A stretch of DNA of 54,363 nt, filler included, from Sphacelaria rigidula (Eukaryota), in NCBI GenBank assembly GCA_964200075.2. It is 5 parts of 5 records of this genome, joined end to end, with 100 filler letters (N's around TTAATTAATTAA, not from the genome) between each part and the next. Parts side by side here need not be neighbours in the genome. Positions count along the whole stretch, not along the records: positions 1 to 10,793 come from CAXNAA020005900.1; positions 10,894 to 21,686 come from CAXNAA020005901.1; 3 more parts are not named here. One strand, 5' to 3'. The notes beneath the pieces are model-generated. The model made no database searches and had not been told where the DNA came from. It saw only the letters and a list, made by a program, of their open reading frames with translations. Below, one piece after another: positions 1 through 11,478 of this stretch (position 1 is the first letter of the stretch; the number at the start of each line of letters is the position of its first letter). A program made the translations under genes and the position numbers.

Positions 1-139
1 CGTCACGAGTCGACTCATCATACTGAAAACAAGTACTTTCCAAACGAATCATCATCTGTCCTACCCTTGGAATCTGTCATACGATTCGTACACAAAATGC
101 ATTTTTTACACGTTTTCGAGGGTCAAACGAATGAAGGAA

Positions 140-350
140 TCGTCTGGGAATTACTTGATTTTTGTGTACTTGATTCGTAGGGTACGAATCAATCGGAAGG
201 GTTTGTTTTCAGCGTCGCAACTCAGGTAAGCGCAGCCGACGCCCGTGGAATGGCGCGAAAACTGCGTGAGACCTACTTGACCAGCGGTCAATTTTTTCCC
301 TCCTTCAAGCAGTCAGGTCGGAAAGATCGTGATTTGGTGATGCCAACCGT
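140..350 (+). repeat. Dispersed intronic repeat (MITE-like family R1), copy 1
   Basis: Core TTTCAGCGT(C/T)GCAAC-CAGGTA...CGCGAAAA...GGTCAATTTTTT recurs at ~3750-4010, ~6620-6875 and inverted at ~8740-9000. Boundaries approximate. Confidence 0.7.
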
Positions 351-424
351 GCACGTTTTGGGGTCGTGATTGGTACGACACAACTTTGAATGCACACATT
401 CCCAGTTCGTGATTCGTGCGGTAC

Positions 425-780
425 GACGTCAAAGGTACACCTTTCACGTTTCCTACCTTCCATTCGTATAATGTGATCCATACGTACACGTTCCCCGAAT
501 TGCATTCATCCAGCATGATTCATGGGCGCACTTTCCCCACCTTTCATTCATACGAGGTGAGCCAAGCGTACATGTTTCCCAACTCTCATTCGTGCGGAGT
601 GAAGCATACATACGTACATGTTCCCGACCTTCGATTTATACAAAATGGATCGAGTGTTCATGTTTCCCACTTTTCGTTCAAGCAGTGCAAATCAAGCGTA
701 CATTTTCTCCACCTTCTCTCCATTTGACGTAAATTATGTGAGCACGTCCTTTCCCACCCGTCATTTTATGGGGCACGACT
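425..780. repeat. Degenerate ~42-45 bp tandem subrepeats (about 8 units)
   Basis: GTACA(C/T)GTT(C/T)CC-like motif recurs at ~436, 484, 526, 568, 613, 656, 698, 739. The same family occurs inverted at ~41340-41610. Confidence 0.7.
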
Positions 781-834
781 CCTCGGTGGCACAGCCGTTT
801 GCAGGTAGGGTAAGAAGCAGTATGCATGCGCCTT

Positions 835-900
835 GTGTGCTGTGTTATGTCATCCCATCTATTCTGGGCGCCAGTCTATATCTTTCGGCATACGTAGGTA
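835..900 (-). mobile_element. 3' fragment of the tRNA-derived SINE seen at 51078-51422
   Basis: Reverse complement CCGAAAGATATAGACTGGCGCCCAGAATAGATGGGATGACA matches CCGAAAGAGGTAGACTGGCGTCCGGAATAAAAGGGACGACA at ~51365-51404. Confidence 0.65.
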
Positions 901-995
901 GAAGCATTAGCCCAAACTACACTGGCACATCTGCAAAAACAAACAAACGATAAGAGTACATGAAACGAAATTCAAACAAGAATCAACCTAGAGAC

Positions 996-3900
996 CTTGG
1001 AATCCTTCTTCTTCTTTTTCTTCTCTTTCTCGTCGTCCCCGCCCAGCAACGCAAACGCAGATGCGCCGCCAATACCCCCGCCGCTCCCGCCGCTCCCACC
1101 ATCCCTTCGCTCGTCCGAGCCTGGATTGCTATTCCCCCTCCGACTTCCGACCTGGAGCGCGCAAGGACAACAAACAACAAACACGATAGAGCGACTTCAT
1201 CTTTTTACATGGACGAAACATTACCGTGATTAAACAACAATCAGTCGGTATGTGTCGCTGAAAACAAAGAAGCAAAAAAAACAAGAACGCGAAAAATGAA
1301 GAAACGGGCAAAACATCGAGAACGCGGAGGCGGCTGACGAAAAGTTTCTGACCATATGCCCACGAGGTTCCAAAGCAAAATAGTCACTTTCAGGTATCTT
1401 GACACGTTCGGGACAATTTCAGGTACAGGTACAGCTCCGGTACAACCTAAACTGCCTCAGTAACCGCCTCGCCGGAGAGGGGGCCAAGACAGGTACACAC
1501 CTCCGACACAACAGCGAAAATGTATATAAAAAACAAGGGTAGGGTACCGTACCCAGCGCCTACGGTACCCTGATTTTTTAGTGTATTCGGAGTCGTGCAC
1601 TGCGGGATTCCCGGGAGGAGGGGAAAAGATTTCAACATCAAAACCGAGGCTGACCTCACCACATTTGAAATGCTCAGCTACCCCCCCATACAAAGTACAC
1701 AGTTGGTGAGTGCAAGGCACTGCCGCATCCGGCCCACCCTAAACTTCCATTCTTGAGTAGTGGAGAGTTTCGGGAAACAAAAACAGGCCGGAAAAACTCG
1801 GGGATAATTATCGTTTGATTGGAGTTTAGTAATAAGACGTAAATTATCTCTGAGTGTTTGACTCAAAATTTTGTTCACCGAGACTCTGTGGTGACGAACA
1901 TTCCAGAGTAAAGTACCTTGGAAAGCGTTGATCCCCCCCGAACATCCGAACACCTGTAAACCCCTCCTACCGTACCCTTTCATGACATCAGGTCCAAGAT
2001 CAACATATTTCTGATCACACAGTGTTATTATTTTGCGGTAATATAGAGGGATTAGGGTGCGAGATGTGTAAATTCCAGTAGTTACGGTCATATTCCGAAG
2101 GTTTCACTCGTCTGAGACCAAGGCTGGAGATCATCACGGGAAAAAGGGCGGGTACTTCGACCATCAAGAGCTCGCATCACAGGCGGTGTGCGGACGTGAA
2201 GAAAGCTGCATCGCTTGCGACTTATGTAACAGCATAGATTGCAAGCAATTTCTACGGGAAAAACGTGCCGGATCGGTAGTGCACGACGAAGTTCGTGAAG
2301 ACTTATGTACATGCGGGCCCCACCCCGTCTGCACTGGTCTGAACACAAGTGATACAGTACAGCACATCATATACTGTGGTTGGAGACTGCGCACTACCCG
2401 CATCAGTGACGCCTGTAGCTGCACAACGTGCTCGGTGCACAGCAGCAACGTGCAAGGTGATACGGCACACCGCAGAACGTAACATCCTTCGTACATATCT
2501 GCCCTGCGGTGATTTCCACCAGTCTTCCGAAGTTCACCACAACGTGTACCCAGCCGTTTCTGCTGCCGTTCATGTGTACGGGTAATACCACCCGTCGCAG
2601 GTCCAGATTTTTGTAACCCGACCGTCTTGCAGATGTACTCGACAACAGATTTCAGTACCGTGCGCAGTATACTTTTTTTTCAAGCTGAACAGAGGTATCT
2701 TGTACATCTTGGTACATTTTCACACATAAAGTTGGGCAGTGGGACCGTGGCGTTGTTGTCAAAATATGGCCAAAGTGGAAGTGAGGAAATCATCGAAATA
2801 TTCATGTGCATGCCGTTGCGGAGATAATTCAAGATGATAAGGCTAGAAGAATACCAGTGCAACGCCCACTCGGGCTGCCAGCCTGTTCGCACGGTCGGGT
2901 CGGTAGTGGTAGGACTGCCTGTACCGGGATGTCACCTCCAGTACCAGGTACGCCGGCAACGGCCCGTCGCGCAACAGGAGCTCAAGCTTCGACTGTCGAC
3001 CGTTTTGAAGAAACCCTCATATATATAGCGGACCATAAACGATGCTTGTTTGCTGGGTTTCTTCGAGCGTTCATCCGTAACTGGGCAGAGAATGATGCGA
3101 GGCCGGCGGGATCCATTGCACAGTCAACGTGTTCGACTGTCGCTGTACCCACTATATATACAATCGTCATCAGACAGCAGGGTGTTGAAAAACGTGATCG
3201 CGCACCCTATGATTATCCACCGGATGAATGCAGACCGGGCCATCACCGACTTCCCCTGCTGTAGCTGTTACAGTGACACCTTTCTCTAATACCAATCTAC
3301 ACATCTTCCAAGTTTCTGTGTAATCTGACGCGGGGTGCGGATGCTCTTCACGCCCAAGTTGCCAAAACGCCGCCTCCATATTATCGAAAAGGAATAACAC
3401 AGCACATGGAGACGAAACAAGAATCGTTTCCAACAACCTGTGTTGACCACCCAGACATGCCTCTTCGTAAGTGAAATTTCCATCATACCCACCCCCGCGC
3501 CGCCTCGACTTCCTCGTTAAGTAAATTTTCTTCGCCACCCCGAGTCCTCATATCTTCATCGACGGGAATCAGATGCTCCTTGAGGGAGGGGGGGGCGGCC
3601 AAGACAAAAACCACACCACCCTGGACATATAGATTGCGTCGTCAAAAAGTGTACTGCATACAATATGGGATATGTTGTCTATTGCAATAGACGCAGTAGC
3701 CTATACCACACTTGGTACACTTCTCGACAATGCAATATATATGTCCAGGACTCTCCGAGGGTCGGACAAATCAAGGATTCGGCTGGAAATCACTTGTTTT
3801 TAGTGTCATTGATTCGAATCGTACGAATCGATCCCTAGGCTTTGCTTTCAGCGTTGCAACCCAGGTACACGCAGCACAGACACGTGGAACGGCGCAAAAG

Positions 3901-6900
3901 ATGCGTGAATACCACTCGGACCCGCGGTCAATTTTTTTCTCCCTTTTGAGCAATCAAGCCGAAGAAATTGTGGATTTGGTGATTCGAACCCGTGATGATT
4001 CGTTCTAACCGTGCAGGATTCGAAGCCCCCAGTCCACCTGAACCAGACCAACGATGCACCAATTACATCACCCGGGTGCGGTGACTTGAGCGATGTCAAT
4101 ACAAGCCGAAAACTCATATCCCGGGGGTACCATTGACAGAGTGGAGAAGGAAGGGCCTGTGTACTTCGTACGGATCTCGTGCGCGGTATACGACGGAATG
4201 GACCCCGGTATGAATCAAACTCATCTGAGGGGGTGATATTCAGCGAACACGAGTGCTTTGATGGGTCACAAACGGGTACGCTACTTGCCTGATTCCATCC
4301 GTCGCTAGCCCCCTTCCCCTTCTTTGGCACAGTTTCCCACCCATCGTCATCCTTTGGCTTCGCTGCTTGGGTGGTTGGTCGAGAAACCGAAGAAACCGAC
4401 GACTCATTCCTGAGGATAACACCGGACATACCGAAACACACAAAGTGCACAGGTGAGGAGCGGTGAACACACGGAAAATGCGGCGGTCGAGAGCAAGATT
4501 TGCAGCAGCAGCATAGCCAAAAACAGGAGAGAACGAGTTATTATGGGGTAGAGCAGAAACCCATTTCTGTGACCGTCATGGGCCGCTGAAACAGATATTG
4601 CAAGACAATCCCTCAAGTACTGTGCCCGTGTATCAATGCCGAGAAACCTGGCCCATATGCTGCTGGCTGCAGTTCTGAGGCATGTCCATGGGTGAAACGC
4701 TGACCCCGACATGACACATTTTCATTTTGCTCCAAGATAGAGCATACATGAAACAAAAAAATGAAACGGTTGAAGCCGTCACGCAACGTTTGTTCGCCTG
4801 TTTTCCTCCTTTACTCCCTCTCTTCCCCCCTTCCTCCTCTCTCCCTCTTCAATGCGCTGGCTGTCCTTCCTCGCAATACGACGAACACGTCACATCGCAC
4901 TGCACCACAAACCTCTTACAAACCTCGAGTTTGAAGAGAGACGCGCGTCTCCCGATCCAGGCCTTATCGACGAGCTGCCGGAGCCGCCCCCCGACCCGTG
5001 GTGATGAGAGCTGCCTCCACTTCGCCTGTTCTTAGACTCCTCCTCCTTGGCAATATCATTGTGCAACTGATGGGATAGCAATAAAAAGGTATAGTGGTAC
5101 ATGAGGAAGCGGGCAGTAGTATGTGGGCGGGCGGCCGGGCAAGTGAGTGAAGGAGTTTCTCACAAAAACAAGCCCAAACGACAATCGGACAGATCAACAG
5201 CAGCGGGGGGGAAGGAGGAGGAGGGGGGGGGTACACATGATCTTACATGCCGTGGTCATCAGGCCATTGACCTCGAATCCCTACCAAGCCGGGACAGAGC
5301 ACGCCGGGTTTTCGCCGGACCAGGCGCGGACCCAGTCACCAAGCGCGAAGTGTCGTGGTGTGTTCGGCGAGTCGCATGAAGAGTAAGCTACATCCTGCCA
5401 AGATTCTTCGGCCAGACGCCTACTGATTATCTTGTATTTGGATGACAGCCTACAATGAGTTGCTTATTTTCTTATATCGCCACGCCCAGAGGCAGCCACG
5501 GCTTATACACTAGCTCATGGGTGTCTCACCATTTACACACTGCGTAGAACGATTATCCTTTTTGTGCGGAGTTGAGGTATTGGACGCCGCACAACATGAT
5601 TTAGCTCAACAACCACCATGGTTACCGCAAAAAAACGGAGAAGGAGGGAGGGGGGCGGGGTGAGGGACAACAATAGATTGACCCGCCGGTGGTGAGACTA
5701 CTCCACAGATAGGCAACCAAAAGACCCACACAAATTCAAGCACAAGCGGGACATCCACACGTAGGGGAAGATGGACCACCCGCACGCCGACAGCATACCC
5801 GGTGGGTGTGCTATACGGCACCCATCTGACAGAAATCATCGTGTTTCATTCAGTATTGAACCGATTTTCCCCTAACCAAAAACGCCGTACTCAGGTTGAT
5901 CAAAAGCTACGCCTCGGGCTATTCGTTGTCTCTCCTGGGAAAGCTGGGTCACAATATGATTTCATGAAAGCAAACGTGGCCATTAGGCTACCCCCAAAAT
6001 GAAATTGTGCGCCAGCTCCGGGCAGCGTCACGGATACGTGCCACACCAAGAGTAATTGCACCGACTAATGTTGACGGGTAGTAAGCTTTCGATCACGAAA
6101 GGCGCATCAGATGTCTAGCACGGAGTACCAAGCAGATATCGGAGCGGTTCTTTCATGTGAGCATAACAACAACAACAGCAACAACAAAAACAACAATATG
6201 ATGTAATAATATTTTTTTCAACAACATATCCAACACATGAGCACCCGCAGAGCGAACGTAGCAGGGAAAAAAAAAAAACACGCGTAAATGAGACATGCTA
6301 CATTTTACACCATGACCAAAACGTGAGGCATGGGACAAACAAGAGTGGGAAATGACCGTTCGTGACCTCTTGCATCGTCTTCGCTTTTTCCTCTTCCCGT
6401 CGTGGCACCCAGTGATTCTTCCGAAGCTCGATCAGATCCCTGGAGGCATCAACACAGTAGCACACAAAAAAAACGGTCGACGGCATCATGCGGCAAATAC
6501 AGCGAGCCAATGCAAGACCCCCTCCCTACCGCTAAAACAAAAACCAAAGCGTCGGGGCAGGGCAGGGGCGGACCCCAAACATGAACAATTCATTAGTTTA
6601 ATGGATAACGCAATGACGACATATTTCTCAAGGGTCGGACGAGTAACGATTCGTCTGAAAATGGCTCGCTTTCGGTCTGACTGGTTCGTACCGTACGAAT
6701 CAATCATTGCGCTATATTTGCAACGTTGCACCCGAGGTAGGCGGAATTATAGCGCAAATTTTGCGTCGAGGCTTTCTTGACCCGTGGTCAACTTTTTTTT
6801 TTTGGGGGGGGGGGGAGTAATCAGGCCTCAGAAATCGTACACTGGGTAATTCGAACCAGCGATGATTCGTCCGACTGCGGGACGTTCCTACACACATACA

Positions 6901-8617
6901 CACGCACGTCTTTTTCTCGCGTACGCCCTACGGTCATTCCAATAGCTCCTCCTTCACGAGGCCAAGACTTGAACCCTGATTCGTTCCACACCGGCGGCGA
7001 TTGGCAAGGACGGCCCTACCTATGCTGCCGCTCAACCCACCCCCCTCGGCGTGTGGAGTATGGCACGCTCCATCTAGGGTGAACACCGGCCCCCCCTGTA
7101 TCGTACAATGACTACAATATTCCGTTGGAAGAAACTGCTGAGGCGCCCAGTTGTCCGATTATCTGTCACAGGTGGGGTTGTACAAATGACTGCTACAGTA
7201 GACTCCTCGATACCCTGGGGTCTCTCAACTGGGTTTGGTTCAAGCTGCGACGTACAGCAGTCACTTCGATGGGGAGCGGGGGCTGCACACGTATGATACG
7301 TCTTTACACCCATATGATACGTCTTTATTTCCCGGGAAGTGGTGTTTCGTCGCAAGGGAAAGAGAATGGAAATACGCGGGAAATTGTACGTGAAGGTGAC
7401 AACACGGAGGGAGGATCCCCTGCAGCAAATGCAGCGATTGCCTCGTGTCTGCTCAAGCATCCATCTGTTTACCTGAGCATAAACCTAATCCGGCTCGACA
7501 CTACTCTGCTGTCCGCCAGCTTCGCGATGCGCTTGAACAACCGCTTCATGTCCTGTTTCGTGCCGACGACACACACACACAAACACCAGAATATAGATCG
7601 CGAAAAAAATATGAAAATAAAGACAGATATAGAACAATATAAATCCACGACTGGGTCCATGGGGGGGGGGGGGGGGAGGTTGTCCACACTCATTTGTTGC
7701 TTGCCTTAGTCATTTGATCATTGACCACGCATCCCTTTCGAGACGGATCATCGACCACACATCCGCAACTATATCCGTCTACTTCCCCCACTTCCCTCTC
7801 CAACACATCCCGTTCCTCTTTGTATAGTTCGTATTCTGCCACTGTATGTTGTCTACTCTATTGCGTTGCCCCAGGGGCACTTGGAGGGGGGAGGGGGGGG
7901 TATTTATTTTCCCCCCCTAAATGGTTAGACCATAACGCTCGCATCCCTATAAAGCCGGGACAAAGCACGCCGGGTCTCGCCGGACCACACTCAAAATGAA
8001 ATCACCACGCGCGAAGCGCCGTGATGTGTTCGGCGAGTCGCATGACGGATAATCTGCATCTTGCCATGATTGTTCGGCCCGAAGCGCACTCAAACATTTT
8101 GCGTAAGGATGACAGTACTACAGTGGGTTGCCTCCATTTTCTTTTTACATCGCCACTTCCACAGACAGCCACGGGCCACACACCGCCTCATGGGTGTCTC
8201 ATCATGTAAACACCACGTACAACGCTCATCAACTTTGCGCGGAGTCGAGGTTCTCCACCCGGCACACTATGATCCAAAGCTCGACCACCATCATCACCTC
8301 AAAACAACGCAAAGGAGAAAAAAAGGGGGGGAGGGAGGGCGTACTCATCTGTTGCTTGCCTTCCTTTCGAGACGGAGCAAAAAGAAGGAGGGGCAGGGGT
8401 GGGGGAGTGGACGTCATGAAAGTTACTTGATAAATATTTGGAAACTGTTCCGAAGAGGATCCAACACCACACAGGATTGTTCAGTGACTTGTACCTTCGC
8501 GGTTTCTGGGGAAACCGACTGTTCCAGCTTCTTCCCGCAGGTCTGCAGCAGCTTGACCATGCACTCCAGTCGTTCCTCGTCTGGGTTATCCGCACTTCCG
8601 AACATATCTTGGATTGC
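996..8617 (-). CDS. eIF4G: eIF4G-like translation initiation factor (C-terminal part of MIF4G domain plus downstream linker); partial multi-exon gene
   Basis: Six phase-compatible exons: 8617-8495 (AIQDMFGSADNPDEERLECMVKLLQTCGKKLEQSVSPETAK), 7552-7473 (DMKRLFKRIAKLADSRVVSSRIRFMLR), 6439-6367 (DLIELRKNHWVPRREEEKAKTMQE), 5066-4924 (LHNDIAKEEESKNRRSGG...), 4409-4289 (...DDDGWETVPKKGKGASDGWNQ), 1151-996 (VGSRRG...SAFALLGGDDEKEKKKKKKDSK). DEExxECxxKLLxTxGKKL and SSRIRFMLRDLIELRxNxWVPR are hallmark eIF4G MIF4G motifs. All acceptors are CAG; donors are GT except one GC. Start and stop lie outside the block. Confidence 0.9.
3750..4010 (+). repeat. Repeat family R1, copy 2
   Basis: Aligns by eye with 140-350 and with the reverse complement of 8740-9000. 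Confidence 0.75.
5232..5639 (-). mobile_element. SINE-like retroposon family B, apparently full length (~400 bp), 3' end in a C-run
   Basis: Homologous to ~7925-8295, 24505-24603, 43572-43655 and 43820-43923. Flanked by imperfect direct repeats GAAGGAGG(A)GAGGGGGG at ~5211-5231 and ~5640-5660. Confidence 0.75.
6620..6875 (+). repeat. Repeat family R1, copy 3
   Basis: GTACGAATCAATC...CAACGTTGCACCCGAGGTAG...TTGACCCGTGGTCAACTTTTT matches the R1 core. Confidence 0.65.
7661..7875 (-). mobile_element. 3'-end remnant of LINE-like family A (coding-like fragment VAEYELYKEERDVLEREVG plus 3' tail and C-run)
   Basis: Tail CCGTCTCGAAAGGGATGCGTGGTCAATG.TCAAATGACTAAGGCAAGCAACAAATGAGT is shared with 8341-8380 and 21183-21254 and is followed by a long C tract on the minus strand. 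No RT domain is visible, so LINE identity is an inference. Confidence 0.55.
7925..8295 (-). mobile_element. SINE-like family B, diverged copy
   Basis: AGCACGCCGGGTCTCGCCGGACCA...GCGCGAAGCGCCGTGATGTGTTCGGCGAGTCGCATGA...CTCATGGGTGTCTCA is colinear with 5232-5639. Confidence 0.75.
8324..8380 (-). mobile_element. Short, internally deleted family A 3' tail
   Basis: GGGCGTACTCATCTGTTGCTTGCCTT//CCTTTCGAGACGGAGCA matches 21190-21256 with a central deletion. Confidence 0.65.
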
Positions 8618-8739
8618 CTGCGCGGCGAGACAGCAAGAGCAAGAAACACGACAAAAGTGAGCCCCCTTGGAACAACGTAAGCTTCTTTTCCAACGCCATC
8701 TTTTTCGGATTCAAAAATGGACAGAAAATGGCAAAGCTT

Positions 8740-9000
8740 TCACGGTTAGGACGAATCATCACAACTACGAGTAGCCAAATCCACGATTTCTTCGACCTGG
8801 TTGCCCGAAAGGGAGAAAAAAGTTGACCCCTGGTCCGAGGGGTATCCACATAACTTTCGCGCCATTTCACGTGCCTGGGCTACGTGTACCTGGGGTTGCA
8901 ATGCTGAAAACAAAGCCTAGGGATCGATTCGTACGATTCGAATCAATGATACTGAAACCAGGTAATTTACAGACAAATCATTATTTGTCCGACTCGAGCT
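8740..9000 (-). repeat. Repeat family R1, copy 4 (inverted)
   Basis: AAAACAAAGCCTAGGGATCGATTCGTACGATTCGAATCAATGA is the reverse complement of ~3806-3850. Confidence 0.75.
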
Positions 9001-9368
9001 TTAAAAGTTTTCCCGGGACCAGTCCAGTAGGGGTTCTGTACCTGGTGTCTATGACAAGAAGAGAAAAGAAGGGGGTTGTCCAGTTTTCTCCAGTGAATAT
9101 TTTTCATTAATCCGCACTGGATGCATCAATTCTGCAAACCCACCCCGCCTGAATTTGCAGTGGGTCAATTTGGTACGACAACCGAATACAAGTCGCTGTC
9201 GCAATGGGAACAGCCTACGAGTATCATACTGTAGACTGAATGTGGCGATTAGTTCCACACCGTGTGCTCGGAACTGATCTCGGTTGATTTCTGCAGATAA
9301 CCGTTTTTATTGCATAGTGTTTTTGTTGCGCGATGCGTTTCACAGAAGCTGCCGTGGAACTAGAAATT

Positions 9369-10793
9369 GCCCGTCATATTGAAGACTGAATATAGCGATT
9401 AGTTCCACACCATGTGTTCGGAACAGATCTTGGTTGATTTTTGCAGATAATCATCGGGCCTACTACTGTGTGCAGCATGTAGCACTGCGATGCATTTCGG
9501 AATATGGAGTACCGCCATAGCCATCATGATACCATTATAAAAATCGCGAGAGCCCGTCATATTGAAGACTAAAATATAGCGATTAGTTCCACACCATGTG
9601 TTCGGAACAGATCTTGGTTGATTTTGCAGATAATCATCGGGCCTACTATTGTCTGCAGCATGTAGCACTACGATGCATTTCGAAACATGGAGTACCGCCA
9701 TAGCGTTCATACAACCATCATGAAAATCGTGAGGGCCCGTCATATTGAAGACTAAATATAGCGATTAGTTCCACACCATGTGTTCGGAACAGATCTTGGT
9801 TGATTTTTGCAGGTAATCATCGGGCCTACTATTGTGTGCAGCATGCAGCACTGCGATGCATTTCGAAATATGGAGTACCGCCATAGCCATCATGATACCA
9901 TTATAAAAATCGCGAGAGCCCGTCATATTGAAGACTGAATATAGCGATTAGTTCCACACCATGTGTTCGGAACAGATCTTGGTTGATTTTTGCAGATATT
10001 CATCGGGCCTACTACTGTGTGCAGCATGTAGCACTGCGATGCATTTCGAAATATGGAGTACCGCCATAGCCATCATGATACCATTATAAAAATCGCGTGA
10101 GCCCGTCATATTGAAGACTGAATATAGCGATTAGTTCCACACCATGTGTTCGGAACAGATCTTGGTTGATTTTGCAGATATTCATCGGGTCTACTATTGT
10201 CTGCAGCATGTAGCACTACGATGCATTTCGAAATATGGAGTACCGCCATAGCGTTCATACAACCATCGTGAAAATCGTGAGGGCCCGTCATATTGAAGAC
10301 TGAATATAGCGATTAGTTCCACACCATGTGTTCGGAACAGATCTTGGTTGATTTTTGCAGATAATCATCGGGTCTACTACTGTGTGCAGCATGTAGCACT
10401 GCGATGCATTTCGAAACATGGAGTACCGCCATAGCCATCATGATACCATTATAAAAATCGCGAGAGCCCGTCATATTGAAGACTGAATATAGCGATTAGT
10501 TCCACACCATGTGTTCGGAATAGATCTTGGTTGATTTTTGCAGATATTCATCGGGCCTACTATTGTGTGCAACACGTAGCACTGCAATGGGTTTTGTAAC
10601 ATGTGGTACAAAACGGCGATAGCCTTCATGAACCCCCCCCTGAAACTCGCGAGAGCCCGTCATATTGAAGACTGAATATAGCGATTAGTTCCACACCATG
10701 TGTTCGGAACAGATCTTGGTTGATTTTTGCAGATAATCATCGGGCCTACTATTGTGTGCAACACGTAGCACTGCAATGGGTTTTGTAACATGT
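9369..10793. repeat. 183-bp tandem satellite array, at least 8 units, truncated by the block end
   Basis: GCCCGTCATATTGAAGACT starts at 9369, 9552, 9735, 9918, 10101, 10283, 10466 and ~10655. A degenerate partial unit lies at ~9225-9300. Confidence 0.95.
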
Positions 10794-10893
10794 NNNNNNN
10801 NNNNNNNNNNNNNNNNNNNNNNNNNNNNNNNNNNNNNTTAATTAATTAANNNNNNNNNNNNNNNNNNNNNNNNNNNNNNNNNNNNNNNNNNNN
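10794..10893. other. Artificial 100-bp spacer (N44-TTAATTAATTAA-N44)
   Basis: Identical spacers at 21687-21786, 32580-32679 and 43472-43571 separate blocks of 10792-10793 bp. TTAATTAATTAA gives stops in all six frames. Confidence 0.95.
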
Positions 10894-11478
10894 CCACGAT
10901 CCTATTCTCAGCTTCCTTTCCGGATCATTATCTGCTCTCTTGTTGTCTCCTATCCTCTTCCCGTGTCTCGTACTTCTATTTTCCCTTGCTTGATTGGGAA
11001 AATCTTGCGCGGGTGGGGGGGGGGGGGGCAGTCGGCCGTCCGCCCTGCCGCGGCTCGATACGCTGTCCCGGCGGACCGGTTGGTTCCGATGCGGCGGGTG
11101 GTGGCGGACCCCGACCGGGGGGGTCATGGAGTTGGCTCGATTAACGGAAGACGACGTGGCGTATTGACGCGCGCGGTGCCCCCGCGGGACAACGTTGGTC
11201 TGCTTCCTGCGTGGTTACCGCGCCATAAAAGGGTCCTACCCTGGCGACCTCGGGTTGGACGCCTGGGAGCGCTTGCCGCGGGAACTCTACGGGAGGGAGA
11301 ACGGGTGCTGTCCCGGTTGGGGGCGGAGGATGCGATAGGGGGGCATGCGCAGCTCCCGGCCGGCGGGAGGACGATCGCGGGTGCACGGGCTGCGTCGGAC
11401 TTTCCGGTGGACGGGTTGGCTCGTCGCCTGCCTTGAGGTCGAGGTGTCGTTTCCAATTGAGCACTTGATGGGTGGGGA

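Noticed and set aside
1740..3540. Decayed coding-like sequence in an eIF4G intron
   Set aside because: No recognisable motif in any frame by eye; it would need a translated profile search.
9399..10291. ORFs 9399-9743 and 10106-10291 as repeat proteins
   Set aside because: By-products of the satellite; the frame is broken by indels between units.
9369..10793. CRISPR-like array (constant plus variable segments)
   Set aside because: The variable parts are homologous variants of each other, units are 183 bp, there are no cas genes and the context is eukaryotic.
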